Origin: Terriglobia bacterium | GTDB lineage: Bacteria > Acidobacteriota > Terriglobia > Acidiferrales > UBA7541 | Reading direction: 5' to 3' | DNA: 64,000 nucleotides | NCBI GenBank assembly: GCA_963695545.1 | Contig: OY968796.1 | Span: 3,904,001-3,968,000 of the forward strand | Shown: positions 19,584 through 30,506 of the stretch, in pieces | Position numbering within the stretch: position 1 is the stretch's first letter | Layout: each line of letters starts with the position of its first letter | Notes under the pieces: model-generated | Database searches by the model: none | The model's input: only the letters and a program-made list of their open reading frames with translations | Told to the model about the DNA's origin: nothing | Position numbers and translations under genes: made by a program

Positions 19584-20720
19584 ATGAGGATCAGCGCCCG
19601 ATTTCTGCTCGTGCTATTGCTGATCGCGGCGGCAGCGCGCGCGGACGAAATCCGCTTGAAGGACGGCTCGAAGATCATCGGCACAATCGTGGGCTTCGAG
19701 GACGGCTCCTTCAAGGTGCAAACGAGCTACGGATTCGCAATGGTCCGCAAGGATCAGATCGCCGAAATTATTCCAAGCGCGCCCAAGCCGCAGCCCGCAC
19801 CGGTAAAACCTAAGCCTGACGATAGGGATTCATCCGCCGCTGCTACGGCTGGCGCCGACGCAACATCTGCATCGTCGACCGCCGCGAATCCGTCTTCCAG
19901 TTCCGCGCCAGATTCAAGTTCCGCGCCGTCGCTGAGTCTCGCGCCGTCGGACGATTCACTTTCCGATGCTGCACATGCGTCTGCCGACGATTCGAGTGTG
20001 GGATCGCCCGTGGTCGCGCCGACGCCTTCTTCCGCTGCTCCGACGCATGCCACGGCGGCCAAAACCGCGCCGCGCCAAGCGAAGGCGACCGCGGTACGCG
20101 CCTCCGCGGCGCCCGCTGCGCCGGTGCCCGCGCCGGCGCCGCAGCCCAACTCGTTGGGCGCTCCGGCCACAGCGCCGATGCCCGAAGCGGCACCATCGCC
20201 GGAAACCGCGTCAGTCACCCCCGCAGCGCCGCCGGAAACCAAGCCGGAACCGATCCGCGATGAAATCGTTGGCAATCTCTATATCAACCACACCTACGGA
20301 TTCGACATTTACAAGCCGCCGGACTGGGACATGCTGCCCGAAGAAATGAATTCACTGCCGAACGCGGTGGCGGCGATGGGAGACGAAGACAGTACCACGC
20401 TGCTCTTGATCGGCCGCGAAGCGCGCAAGGGCGCGCTCGATGCTCAAGCCGCCGCCATGGACACCGAACTGCACAACATTTACGACAACTTTCGGCTTCT
20501 CTCGTCAACGCACACGACCGTTGGAGGCGAGCCGGCGATCGAGCGCCATTTCCGCGGCACCGCCGCCGATCGCGATTGGTCGGTCACGGCGGTGACGGTG
20601 GCGCACGGAAATAATCTTTTCACGGTATTGGGAATGACCTATGCCGATTCCGATTTGATTCAAATTCAAGAGAACGTGATCGCGCGCGCGATTTCGAGCT
20701 TAAGATTTGAGTTTCCATGA
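19584..20720 (+). CDS. Exported hypothetical protein with a long Ser/Ala/Pro linker and a PsbP/DcrB-like C-terminal domain
   Basis: Signal peptide; DEIRLKDG N-terminal domain; low-complexity linker; YINHTYGFDIYKPPDW...AISSLRF. Confidence 0.7.
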   Translation: MRISARFLLVLLLIAAAARADEIRLKDGSKIIGTIVGFEDGSFKVQTSYGFAMVRKDQIAEIIPSAPKPQPAPVKPKPDDRDSSAAATAGADATSASSTAANPSSSSAPDSSSAPSLSLAPSDDSLSDAAHASADDSSVGSPVVAPTPSSAAPTHATAAKTAPRQAKATAVRASAAPAAPVPAPAPQPNSLGAPATAPMPEAAPSPETASVTPAAPPETKPEPIRDEIVGNLYINHTYGFDIYKPPDWDMLPEEMNSLPNAVAAMGDEDSTTLLLIGREARKGALDAQAAAMDTELHNIYDNFRLLSSTHTTVGGEPAIERHFRGTAADRDWSVTAVTVAHGNNLFTVLGMTYADSDLIQIQENVIARAISSLRFEFP

Positions 20721-21571
20721 AATCGACCGCCATCGTGCTGATCAATTGTCCCGACCAAAAAGGGATTAATGCCGCGATTGCGGACTTTATTTTTCGCAAC
20801 AACGGCAACATCGTGCACGCCGACGAGCATCAGGACGCGGAAGAAAAACTGTTCTTGATGCGCGTGGAATGGGAGCTCGAAGGTTTTGCGATCGCGCCGG
20901 AGGATTTCGAGAAACAGTTTGCGCCGCTGGCCGAACGATTCGGGATGCAGTGGCGCCTGGCGCTCTCCAGCTACAAGCCACGCACGGCGATCTTCGTCTC
21001 GCAACACGATCACTGCCTCGTGGATCTGCTCTACCGGCACCGCACGGGCGAATTGCCATGCGAGATTCCGCTGATCGTCAGCAATCATCCGGACGCGCGC
21101 CGCGACGCGGAATTTAACGGCATCCCGTTCCACATGATTCCCGTTTGGCCCGAAGACAAGGCCGCGGCCGAGCGCACGCAACTCGATCTGCTGCACGAAA
21201 CGCGCATCGATCTGGTGGTTTTGGCGCGCTACATGCAGATTCTTTCGCCGGAATTCGTGCGGCAGTACCCGCAGCGGATCATCAATATTCATCATTCGTT
21301 CTTGCCGGCGTTCGTCGGCGCGAAGCCGCATCGTCAGGCCTATCAGCGCGGCGTGAAACTAATCGGGGCGACTGCTCACTACGTCACTGAGACGCTGGAC
21401 GACGGCCCGATCATCGAACAGGACGTCGCGCGCATTTCCCATCGCGATGCCGTCGACGATTTGGCGCAGAAGGGACGCGATCTCGAGAAAATCGTGCTCT
21501 CGCGCGCCGTGCGCTGGCACCTCGAGAATCGCATCCTGGTGTACGGCAAAAAAACTGTGATCTTCGATTAA
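20717..21571 (+). CDS. purU: Formyltetrahydrofolate deformylase
   Basis: ACT domain (CPDQKGI), LARYMQILS, INIHHSFLPAF, GATAHYVT, GPIIEQ. Confidence 0.97.
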   Translation: MKSTAIVLINCPDQKGINAAIADFIFRNNGNIVHADEHQDAEEKLFLMRVEWELEGFAIAPEDFEKQFAPLAERFGMQWRLALSSYKPRTAIFVSQHDHCLVDLLYRHRTGELPCEIPLIVSNHPDARRDAEFNGIPFHMIPVWPEDKAAAERTQLDLLHETRIDLVVLARYMQILSPEFVRQYPQRIINIHHSFLPAFVGAKPHRQAYQRGVKLIGATAHYVTETLDDGPIIEQDVARISHRDAVDDLAQKGRDLEKIVLSRAVRWHLENRILVYGKKTVIFD

Positions 21572-21640
21572 AGCGCAGTTTGGAGTGCTTTGAGGAGCGG
21601 TGCTATGCTCCTCCCGCAATCGGGCGGCACGGGAGAGATC

Positions 21641-22675
21641 ATGCGCCCACATCCATTACTGAGTTCCCTTCTCTTGATCGCCATCAGCGCGTTCACCTGT
21701 CTGGGCCAAGATGGCGGCCCGAGCATGTCCGATTCCGGATACGAAATCAGCGGAATTGTGCGAGACGCGGCAAGCAGTCAGACGCTGAACGGGATTCGCG
21801 TTGATTTGACGAGCAGCGGAATTCCTATGCAATTCACGTTCACGGAAAACAGCGGCCAGTTTACGTTTTCAGGCGTGCAGAGCGGGCAATATAGGATTCA
21901 AGTTAATGCGGAAGGTTATGAGCCATTTGATCAGGCCGTTAACGTTTCTCGCTCGTCCGTCTACGGCTTCAACGCCGACCTAAAGAAGATAGCCGGCGCA
22001 CCTGCCTCAACGGCGGGAGCCGTCACCGTTCACCAACTCGGCGTCCCGGCGAAGGCGCAAAAGGAGTTTAACAAGGCGTTCGATTTGATGAGAACGAAGT
22101 CGGACTATCGCGGTGCGATCGTCGAGTTCGATCGCGCGATTCAGGATTTTCCAGACTACTACGAGGCGTACGCGATGGAGGGGGCGGCTTACCTCGCTCT
22201 TTCCGACGCAACTTCGGCCGAGAAGGTGTTGCGAAAATCGATCGAGCTCAGCGCCAGCAAATATCCCACGGCGTTATTTCTACTCGCGGGCACGCTGAAT
22301 TCCACCAATCGTTTTGCGGAGGCGGAGGGCCCCGCTCGCCAATGCGTTGCAATCGATGAGTTGTCGTCGGACGGACACTTTGAGTTGGGCCGCGCTTTAC
22401 TCGGGCTCGGGAAACTCGACGAAGCGCTGCAGAACGCACTGCGGGCCCGCGAACTGGAACCGAACAATCCGAGGACTTTCCTGCTCTTGGCCAACATCCA
22501 CGGGGCGCGGCAAGAATATGCAGCATTCCTCAAGGACCTCGACGGATATCTCGCCCTGGTGCCTTCGGGACCAATGGCCGATGAGATTCGCAAAAAGCGG
22601 GATCAGGCGCAGCAAGCTTTGCGCGACGCGCAGCCCGCTCCGCCGCAGGCGCAACCAGCACAGACGCCGCAATAA
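21641..22675 (+). CDS. Exported carboxypeptidase-regulatory-like domain plus TPR protein
   Basis: ISGIVRD...G.F.F..V..GQY.I.V.AEGY beta domain; VPAKAQKEF followed by TPR helices. Confidence 0.8.
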   Translation: MRPHPLLSSLLLIAISAFTCLGQDGGPSMSDSGYEISGIVRDAASSQTLNGIRVDLTSSGIPMQFTFTENSGQFTFSGVQSGQYRIQVNAEGYEPFDQAVNVSRSSVYGFNADLKKIAGAPASTAGAVTVHQLGVPAKAQKEFNKAFDLMRTKSDYRGAIVEFDRAIQDFPDYYEAYAMEGAAYLALSDATSAEKVLRKSIELSASKYPTALFLLAGTLNSTNRFAEAEGPARQCVAIDELSSDGHFELGRALLGLGKLDEALQNALRARELEPNNPRTFLLLANIHGARQEYAAFLKDLDGYLALVPSGPMADEIRKKRDQAQQALRDAQPAPPQAQPAQTPQ

Positions 22676-22697
22676 ATTCTGCTTTCGGGACCGTAGT

Positions 22698-24104
22698 CTA
22701 GAATTTTGTAACTTCGGAGAAGCGGAAGCCGTGAACCTTCATCGCAGGAACGACCATCTCGAAAGATTCCTCGCCCGTTGAACGCACTGCCGGGCTGAGC
22801 GCCGCGACGTTGCGCAGCATCTCGAGAACGCTCTGATTGAACCGGAAATTGCGCACGCCCGCGACGATCGAACCGCCTTCAACCAGAAACGTACCGTCGC
22901 GCGTCATTCCCGTGAGCACCTTTTCGTACGGATCGACTTCACGGATGTACCACAGGCGCGTGACGAGAATCCCGCGCTCGGTCGATCCAACCATCTCATC
23001 CACGGAGTCCGTGCCGCCGGCGAACACAAGATTGAACGGCGCTTCGCCCCATTCGTTCGGAAGCGAAAAGCCGTGGCCGGTGGGCTTGGCTTTCATTTTC
23101 TTCGCCGTCGCACGCGAGTAAACCAAATTCTGCGGCACGCCGCGCTCCACGAGCAGCACGCGTTGCCGCGGGATTCCTTCGCCGTCGTACGGCGGACCGG
23201 TTTGGAGCGAATGATACGCGTCGTCCCATAACGTAATGTTCTCGCCCATCAATTTTTTGCCGAGGCGCCCGGTGAAGCACGAGCGTTTATCGCGCACTGC
23301 GGTGCCCGCGAAGTCGTAAAACAAAAATCCCACCAGATCCAGCACGGCGGCGGGCTCGAGAATCACCGTCCACGATCCCGGTTCGACCTCGCGCGGATGG
23401 CGAGACAGAATCGCTTTGTTGCTGGCCCGCTCCGCGAGATCCTTCGGATCGATAACGGCGAGCAAAGGAGAATTTTCCTTGGCCCAACCGGAAGAATCCT
23501 CTTCGAGAATCGTGACGGAAAATTCTGCGCGCGTCTGGCGATAGGCCGCAACCAAGCCGCTTGAATTCGCAAGCAGCGAGGCCGAAGCTCCGGTGGCAAA
23601 AATGCCGGCTGCGGTCTGTCCGCGCACTGCGGCAAGTTTCGCCACGTGCTCCACGGCGCGCGCGCGGTCGGCGGGCGTGGACTCGGCGGTTGCGGCATCG
23701 AAGCGCGAAACCTTGGCGTATTTCTGGCGGCGCGGCATCGGCAAGAGATCGGGATCTTTCGGCTGGCTGCGCGCGAGCGTGCCGGACGAAGCAACGACGC
23801 GGCGCAGCGATTCTTCGTCGGTCTTGTTCGTGGTGGCGCGAGCGGTGCGGCCGCCAAATACGGTGCGCACGGAAACGATCAGCGAAAGCTCGGCGACATT
23901 CTGGTGAATCGCGTTGTTGGCGAACCGCGTCAGCGCGTCGGCGTTTACGGCGACGCCGACCTCGGTTTCATCCGCATCAGAAAAACGCAACACGCGTTCG
24001 GCGATGCGATGCAGCTCGGCTTCGGTCGGAAGATGCGCCGCGGCCACGGCTGGAATGGCCTCGCGGCGTGCCTTGGCGCGATTTGTGCGGCGAACGGCTT
24101 TCAT
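22698..24104 (-). CDS. PmbA/TldE family protein
   Basis: LTRFANNAIHQN, VILEP, YDGEG, TGMTRDG; ATGA overlap with the tldD stop. Confidence 0.9.
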   Translation of the reverse strand: MKAVRRTNRAKARREAIPAVAAAHLPTEAELHRIAERVLRFSDADETEVGVAVNADALTRFANNAIHQNVAELSLIVSVRTVFGGRTARATTNKTDEESLRRVVASSGTLARSQPKDPDLLPMPRRQKYAKVSRFDAATAESTPADRARAVEHVAKLAAVRGQTAAGIFATGASASLLANSSGLVAAYRQTRAEFSVTILEEDSSGWAKENSPLLAVIDPKDLAERASNKAILSRHPREVEPGSWTVILEPAAVLDLVGFLFYDFAGTAVRDKRSCFTGRLGKKLMGENITLWDDAYHSLQTGPPYDGEGIPRQRVLLVERGVPQNLVYSRATAKKMKAKPTGHGFSLPNEWGEAPFNLVFAGGTDSVDEMVGSTERGILVTRLWYIREVDPYEKVLTGMTRDGTFLVEGGSIVAGVRNFRFNQSVLEMLRNVAALSPAVRSTGEESFEMVVPAMKVHGFRFSEVTKF

Positions 24105-25561
24105 GATTTTGCGAATGCGGCGCCGATCTTGACGTTGCGGAAACGCGCCGGCGAAGCGCCGTGGCCCGTGCCCATCGTCTGCATGGGCTGGCCCTTGCCG
24201 CAATTCGGCGTGCCCCACAGCGTCCAGTGCTCGCGCGAGCAGATGGCGTCGCACGAATTCCAGAATTCGGTCGTGATGCCGCTATAGCTCGGATTTTTGA
24301 GCATGCGCGTTTTTTTGCCGCCCTTAATTTCCCAGCCGATTTCCGTGGAGAACTGAAATTGATAGCGGCGATCGTCGATGGACCACGAGCGATTGGTTTC
24401 CATCAGGATGGCGTCATCGGTGTCGGCGATCAGATCGTCGAATTTCCACGTGCCCGGCAAAAGACTGATATTCGTCATGCGAATGATGGGCAGGCGATTC
24501 CAGCTTTCGGTGCGCATGGTGCCGCCGGAACGCTTCAGGCCGATCACCGGCGCGGTTTCGCGATTCGAGAGATAACCGGTGAATAGGCCGTCCTTGATAA
24601 TTTCGGTGCATTGCGCGGGAACGCCTTCGTCGTCGTAACCGAAGGTGCCGAGCCCAGGTCCATGTTCGAGGCGCGCGTCGGCCACCACATTGACGACGTC
24701 CGAACCGTAGCGCAGCTTCCCGAGCTTATCGAGCGTGAGAAAACTCATGCCGGCGAAATTTGCTTCCATGCCGAGCACGCGATCAAGTTCAATGGGATGC
24801 CCGACGGATTCGTGAATTTGCAGCCCGAGCTGCGAACTCTCGAGCAAAATCGTCTTCGTGCCTTCCGGTGATTGCTCGGCTTTGTGCAAGGCAACAGCCT
24901 CTTCGGCGACGCGCTGCGCGTTGCCGACGAGATCGAGCGATTCAATCAGTTCGTATCCGGCAAGTTGATGCTGGCCGCCAAAACTATTCGGATAGGAGCG
25001 CTTCTGAATTTCGTTCCCGTGAAAACTGGTCGCCACGATGCCCGCGCCCGATTGCATTTTCACTTGATGAATCACGGAGCCAATGCTCGAAGCGAAAAGT
25101 TGCTCGATGCGCCGAAACACCATGGATGTTTCGGCAACCGTGACGCCCTTCACGCGCGACATTTCGCGGTCCGCGGCCAGCAGCAGCGCGAGCTGACTTT
25201 CGATCGATATGCGAAACGGATCCTTTACGTACGGATTCTGCCAGGTATCCACATGCGCGGGTTCGGGAGCCATCACGACGTCGGCGCGCTTGGCTAAGCC
25301 TGACGCTTTGGCGATAGCCACGGCCTCGGCGGCGCAAGCCTGGATGCCTTCGCGCGTCAGGCGGTCCGTCGCAGCGAACCCCCACGCGCCGTGATACAGC
25401 ACGCGCACGCCGATCCCCAGCGATTCGGATTCGGAGAGCGATCCGACCAGGCCATTCTTTGTGGAAAGTTCGCGCGAGCGAATGTCCATCACGCGTGCAT
25501 CGGCATAGGAAGCGCCGCGCAGCTTGGCAGTTTCGATAGCGGTTGTGGCGAGGTCGAGCAA
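24101..25561 (-). CDS. tldD: TldD family metalloprotease
   Basis: HESVGH zinc motif, YDDEG, RMTN, CGKGQP. Confidence 0.92.
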   Translation of the reverse strand: MLDLATTAIETAKLRGASYADARVMDIRSRELSTKNGLVGSLSESESLGIGVRVLYHGAWGFAATDRLTREGIQACAAEAVAIAKASGLAKRADVVMAPEPAHVDTWQNPYVKDPFRISIESQLALLLAADREMSRVKGVTVAETSMVFRRIEQLFASSIGSVIHQVKMQSGAGIVATSFHGNEIQKRSYPNSFGGQHQLAGYELIESLDLVGNAQRVAEEAVALHKAEQSPEGTKTILLESSQLGLQIHESVGHPIELDRVLGMEANFAGMSFLTLDKLGKLRYGSDVVNVVADARLEHGPGLGTFGYDDEGVPAQCTEIIKDGLFTGYLSNRETAPVIGLKRSGGTMRTESWNRLPIIRMTNISLLPGTWKFDDLIADTDDAILMETNRSWSIDDRRYQFQFSTEIGWEIKGGKKTRMLKNPSYSGITTEFWNSCDAICSREHWTLWGTPNCGKGQPMQTMGTGHGASPARFRNVKIGAAFAKS

Positions 25562-25612
25562 AGAAACATTTTCGGGTAAGCGCGGCGATGCGTCAAGCCG
25601 CGATGCGAGAAA

Positions 25613-26365
25613 TCAACCGAGCGTGTTGGCCCCGTTGACGGAAATTTTCTGGCCGGAGATGAAATTGGCGGCGTCGGAGGCCAGAAACGCGACGGCTTCG
25701 CCAACATCTTCTGGCACGCCCATGCGGCGCATGGGAACTTCGGTGGCGTACGCATCCTTCGCGGCCTGAGGATCGCGCGCATGGCGTTCGGTGGGAATCC
25801 AGCCGGGCGCGACGAGGTTCACGGTGATGCCCCACGGAGCAAGCTCGCGGGCCCACGAAAGCGTTTGCCCCAGCTGCGCGCCTTTCGCGGAAACGTAGTT
25901 TGAAAATTCCGGCACGCCGCGATCGAAAACCTCCGAGCCGATTTGAATGATGCGGCCGTAGCGCCGCTCCTTCATCGATCCGACGACGGCTTTCACCAGC
26001 AACAACGGGCTCTTCACGAAAAATTCCAATTGATCGAGGCAATCGCGCCACGACATTTTCTCGATGGCGATGAACGGCTGCGGACCGGTGGCGTTGGGAA
26101 CCAGAATATCCACGGGGCCGAAACGCGCGCGGATTTCGGCGACCAAGCGATTTACTTCAAATTCCTCCCGGACGTCGGCGTGGAAAAATTCAGCTTCGCC
26201 GCCGGCGGCGCGAATGCCTTTCGCCACACGCTCGGCTTTATCGGGGCTGGCGAAATAGTTGACCGCGACTTTCGCGCCGCGCTTTCCGAGAGAATGCGCG
26301 ATGGCGGCGCCGAGACCGCGCGAAGCGCCGGTGACCAGAGCAACGCGACCGGAAAGTTCTGCCAT
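25613..26365 (-). CDS. SDR family oxidoreductase
   Basis: TGASRGLG, YVSAKG, VNLVAPG. Confidence 0.92.
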   Translation of the reverse strand: MAELSGRVALVTGASRGLGAAIAHSLGKRGAKVAVNYFASPDKAERVAKGIRAAGGEAEFFHADVREEFEVNRLVAEIRARFGPVDILVPNATGPQPFIAIEKMSWRDCLDQLEFFVKSPLLLVKAVVGSMKERRYGRIIQIGSEVFDRGVPEFSNYVSAKGAQLGQTLSWARELAPWGITVNLVAPGWIPTERHARDPQAAKDAYATEVPMRRMGVPEDVGEAVAFLASDAANFISGQKISVNGANTLG

Positions 26366-26439
26366 GGCAGTCAGGGAGTATAGCGGAAAGTCAGCGCGGC
26401 GCGCGAAATCACGGGCAGAGCCCGGGTGGGGATCGCGCA

Positions 26440-26476
26440 AAGAAAAAGCCCCACACGTAAAGTCAACGTGTGGGGC
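26440..26476 (-). terminator. Putative intrinsic terminator (or REP-like hairpin) after ahcY
   Basis: 11-bp perfect stem GCCCCACACGT/ACGTGTGGGGC followed by TTTTTCTTT on the minus strand. Confidence 0.7.
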
Positions 26477-26543
26477 GCCCATTTCAGGGATGATCCCGCC
26501 AAGTTTCGCTGCACCGCGACGAAAACGGCTTACGCGACGATTC

Positions 26544-27854
<1,311 letters not shown>

Positions 27855-27939
27855 TTATGGATATCCTGCGTTTCTAATTGTCTCGATGCGGTTTTGGCGA
27901 ATGCGCTCGCGCCGTGCGACGGCCGAGCGTCGCGAGGAA

Positions 27940-29124
27940 CTACCGGCGCGCGGGCGCTTCGGCGCCACGCAACTGGCCGGCCTCGCGCCGCAGAGCCTCT
28001 GCCTTGTCGGTGCGCTCCCACGTGAAGCTCGGCTCGGTGCGGCCGAAGTGGCCGTAGTTTGACGTGGCGCGATAAATCGGTCGGCGAAGATCGAGCGTCT
28101 CGATGATGCGGCGCGGAGTCAATTGGAATGTGCTGCGGATCAGGTCGGTCAACTGCTCATCGGGAATCGTGCCGGTGCCGAATGTGTCCGCCATCACGGA
28201 AACCGGTTCGGCCACGCCAATGGCGTAAGCGAGTTGCACTTCGACTTTGCGCGCAAGGCCAGCGGCCACCAGATTCTTCGCAACGTAACGCGCCATATAG
28301 CAAGCCGAACGGTCGACCTTGGTCGGATCCTTGCCCGAAAACGCACCGCCGCCGTGCCGCCCGTAGCCCCCGTAAGTGTCCACGATGATCTTGCGGCCCG
28401 TCACGCCGGCGTCGCCCATCGGTCCGCCGACCACGAACTTGCCGGTAGGATTGATGTGAATCTTGGTGTCGCGGTCCATCAGGGATTCGGGGATCACCTT
28501 GCGAATCACGTCGCGCGTGATCACTTCGTGCAGCACTTTATTGGAAACGTCTTCGGCGTGCTGCGTGGAAACAACCACGGCGTCCACGCGCTCCGGCCGG
28601 CCGTTCACGTACTGCACTGTGACTTGGGATTTTCCGTCCGGCCGCAGGAAATCAACTTGGCCGCTCTTGCGCACTTCAGAAAGGCGCCGAACCAGCTTGT
28701 GCGCCAGCATAATCGGCAGAGGCATGAGCTCGTCGGTCTCATCGCAGGCGTAGCCGAACATCAGGCCCTGATCGCCGGCGCCGCCGGTGTCCACGCCCAT
28801 GGCGATGTCGGGCGACTGGCGCTTCAGAGAGGAGAGCACGCCGCAGGTGTCTGCGTCGAAACCAAAATCCGAGTGCGTGTAGCCCACGCTGCGCACCACA
28901 TCGCGCACGATGTCGCAATAATCGAGCACCGCGCTAGTAGTGATTTCTCCCGCGACCACGACCAATCCCGTGGTCACCAGCGTCTCGCAGGCCACGCGCC
29001 CCATCTTGTCCTGGGAAAGCACGCCGTCGAGAACGGCGTCGGAAACCTGATCGGCGATCTTGTCGGGGTGACCCTCTGTAACCGACTCGGAAGTAAACAG
29101 AAAGCTGCGCTTTGATTCGCTCAA
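27940..29124 (-). CDS. metK: S-adenosylmethionine synthase
   Basis: [31 protein letters not shown] start after GGGAGG. Confidence 0.98.
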   Translation of the reverse strand: MSESKRSFLFTSESVTEGHPDKIADQVSDAVLDGVLSQDKMGRVACETLVTTGLVVVAGEITTSAVLDYCDIVRDVVRSVGYTHSDFGFDADTCGVLSSLKRQSPDIAMGVDTGGAGDQGLMFGYACDETDELMPLPIMLAHKLVRRLSEVRKSGQVDFLRPDGKSQVTVQYVNGRPERVDAVVVSTQHAEDVSNKVLHEVITRDVIRKVIPESLMDRDTKIHINPTGKFVVGGPMGDAGVTGRKIIVDTYGGYGRHGGGAFSGKDPTKVDRSACYMARYVAKNLVAAGLARKVEVQLAYAIGVAEPVSVMADTFGTGTIPDEQLTDLIRSTFQLTPRRIIETLDLRRPIYRATSNYGHFGRTEPSFTWERTDKAEALRREAGQLRGAEAPARR

Positions 29125-29201
29125 ACCCGTGCCTCCCAAAGGTTTCTGCACAGACCGCCGGTCCATTGGACCGCCAGGGGGGACCCCATTGCAGAAAACG
29201 T

Positions 29202-29230
29202 ACTGTAACACGCGGTTTTCGCGGTGTCAA
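29202..29230 (-). promoter_or_regulatory. Sigma-70-type promoter of metK-ahcY
   Basis: TTGACA-17 nt-TACAGT with a TGn extension. Confidence 0.7.
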
Positions 29231-29452
29231 CGCGATGCGTCCAAACGGTGCTGGAGCGCTCTGAATAGCCGCAATATGGGGTTGAAAGGGCGGGACTTAC
29301 AGGCGGAAGTGCCCTATTTTGAGGCCGTCCGTCCCAGACGGACGCCATGCCCTCGGCGCACGCTCGCCGCGACTCTACCCTTTGGCTGTGGAGCGGGCGA
29401 CGAACAAACGATAATCCATGACAAATTGCATCGCGTGGGGTAACTTGGACCT

Positions 29453-29719
29453 ATGGATACCGTGGACGTAAAGTTGCCGTCGGAACTGCTGAGGGTCGCA
29501 AATTTGGAGCAAAGCAGCCTTTCGCAAGAGGCCGCTCGATTGCTGGCCCTCGAACTTTATCGCGAGGATAAACTCTCGCTCGGACGCGCTGCGGAGCTGT
29601 GTCAAACGCCCTTGGCGGCCTTCATGGATTTCGCCGCGAAACACGCTGTTCACCCGCTGCGGTACAGTTTTGAGGACCTGGAAGAAGAGCGCCGGACTGC
29701 TGAACGTATCAAAGCGTGA
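29453..29719 (+). CDS. UPF0175 family protein (putative antitoxin)
   Basis: LALELYREDKLSLGRAAEL...F..F...YS.EDLEEE. Confidence 0.85.
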   Translation: MDTVDVKLPSELLRVANLEQSSLSQEAARLLALELYREDKLSLGRAAELCQTPLAAFMDFAAKHAVHPLRYSFEDLEEERRTAERIKA

Positions 29720-29829
29720 CCTCTGTAGCAGACTCGTCGCCGCTTGTTATCTTGACCAAACTCGGTTGTCTCGATTTCCTCAACCGCGTTTTTCCACGAC
29801 TCTACATCGGCAAGGATATACTTGGCTGA
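29716..29829 (+). pseudogene. Truncated DUF3368-like PIN-domain toxin (37 aa remnant)
   Basis: GTGA overlap with the UPF0175 stop; VTSVADSSPLVILTKLGCLDFLNRVFPRLYI matches the DUF3368-type N-terminus, then diverges and stops. Confidence 0.7.
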
Positions 29830-29843
29830 CCCATGGGGTCCTC

Positions 29844-30506
29844 CTATGGAAAGAGACCATTGAGAAGTGCCCTAAGAGGGTCGAATGACGCGTGGGCCAG
29901 TTCAACCGGGCAGTTTTTCTCTTCAAGAAGATAGGACAAGCTAACCCCTGGATTCCGGTGCTGCGAAGCCGCGATCAGGGCGCGCAGTCGCAGCTTGGAA
30001 TGGCGCGTTTCTCCGCGCTCGGCACCATTGACGCACTCGCAAAATTCCGAGACGCACCTAACAGAGTCTGCTGCGTATCTTTCTTCAAAACTCGGGAGAA
30101 GCAACGTGTCGAGACACCCTGGTTGATCAGAGCCCGGAATAAGCACAACCGCGGTAGCCGGAGAGCCGGTGGTTGTGATCAAGTCAACCGTCGTGGGAAC
30201 CGGATATTGCTTTGCCGGGTTTTCAATATTTGCCCGGGCAAACGCGACGCAACCCTCGTTGAAAGCCGCGACGGGGTTATCGTCGGCGTCGATTACTAGA
30301 ACGACGCGCGTAATCTTTTCGAATTCAGCCTGGAGTCCAACAAGACGTTTGTATATCGCGGAGATACCAAGTCCCTCAACCTCTTTCTGGGGACAGGCAA
30401 CGTTGACGGCCTTACCACTATGCGCAAGCAAGCGGGACAGGAAAACTTCGTCTGCCTTCCCCTCGCAGACGATCTGATAGGGAGAATCGATTACTTTTGG
30501 CATCAC
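29844..30506 (-). CDS. DUF3226-like TOPRIM-fold protein
   Basis: IVCEGKADEVFL, VIDADD, PGCLDTLLL; overlaps the ATPase stop. Confidence 0.75.
   Translation of the reverse strand: MMPKVIDSPYQIVCEGKADEVFLSRLLAHSGKAVNVACPQKEVEGLGISAIYKRLVGLQAEFEKITRVVLVIDADDNPVAAFNEGCVAFARANIENPAKQYPVPTTVDLITTTGSPATAVVLIPGSDQPGCLDTLLLPSFEERYAADSVRCVSEFCECVNGAERGETRHSKLRLRALIAASQHRNPGVSLSYLLEEKNCPVELAHASFDPLRALLNGLFP

Noticed and set aside
22698..25561. tldD/pmbA as part of a RiPP cluster
   Set aside because: No precursor peptide or YcaO/modifying enzyme nearby; a common housekeeping pair
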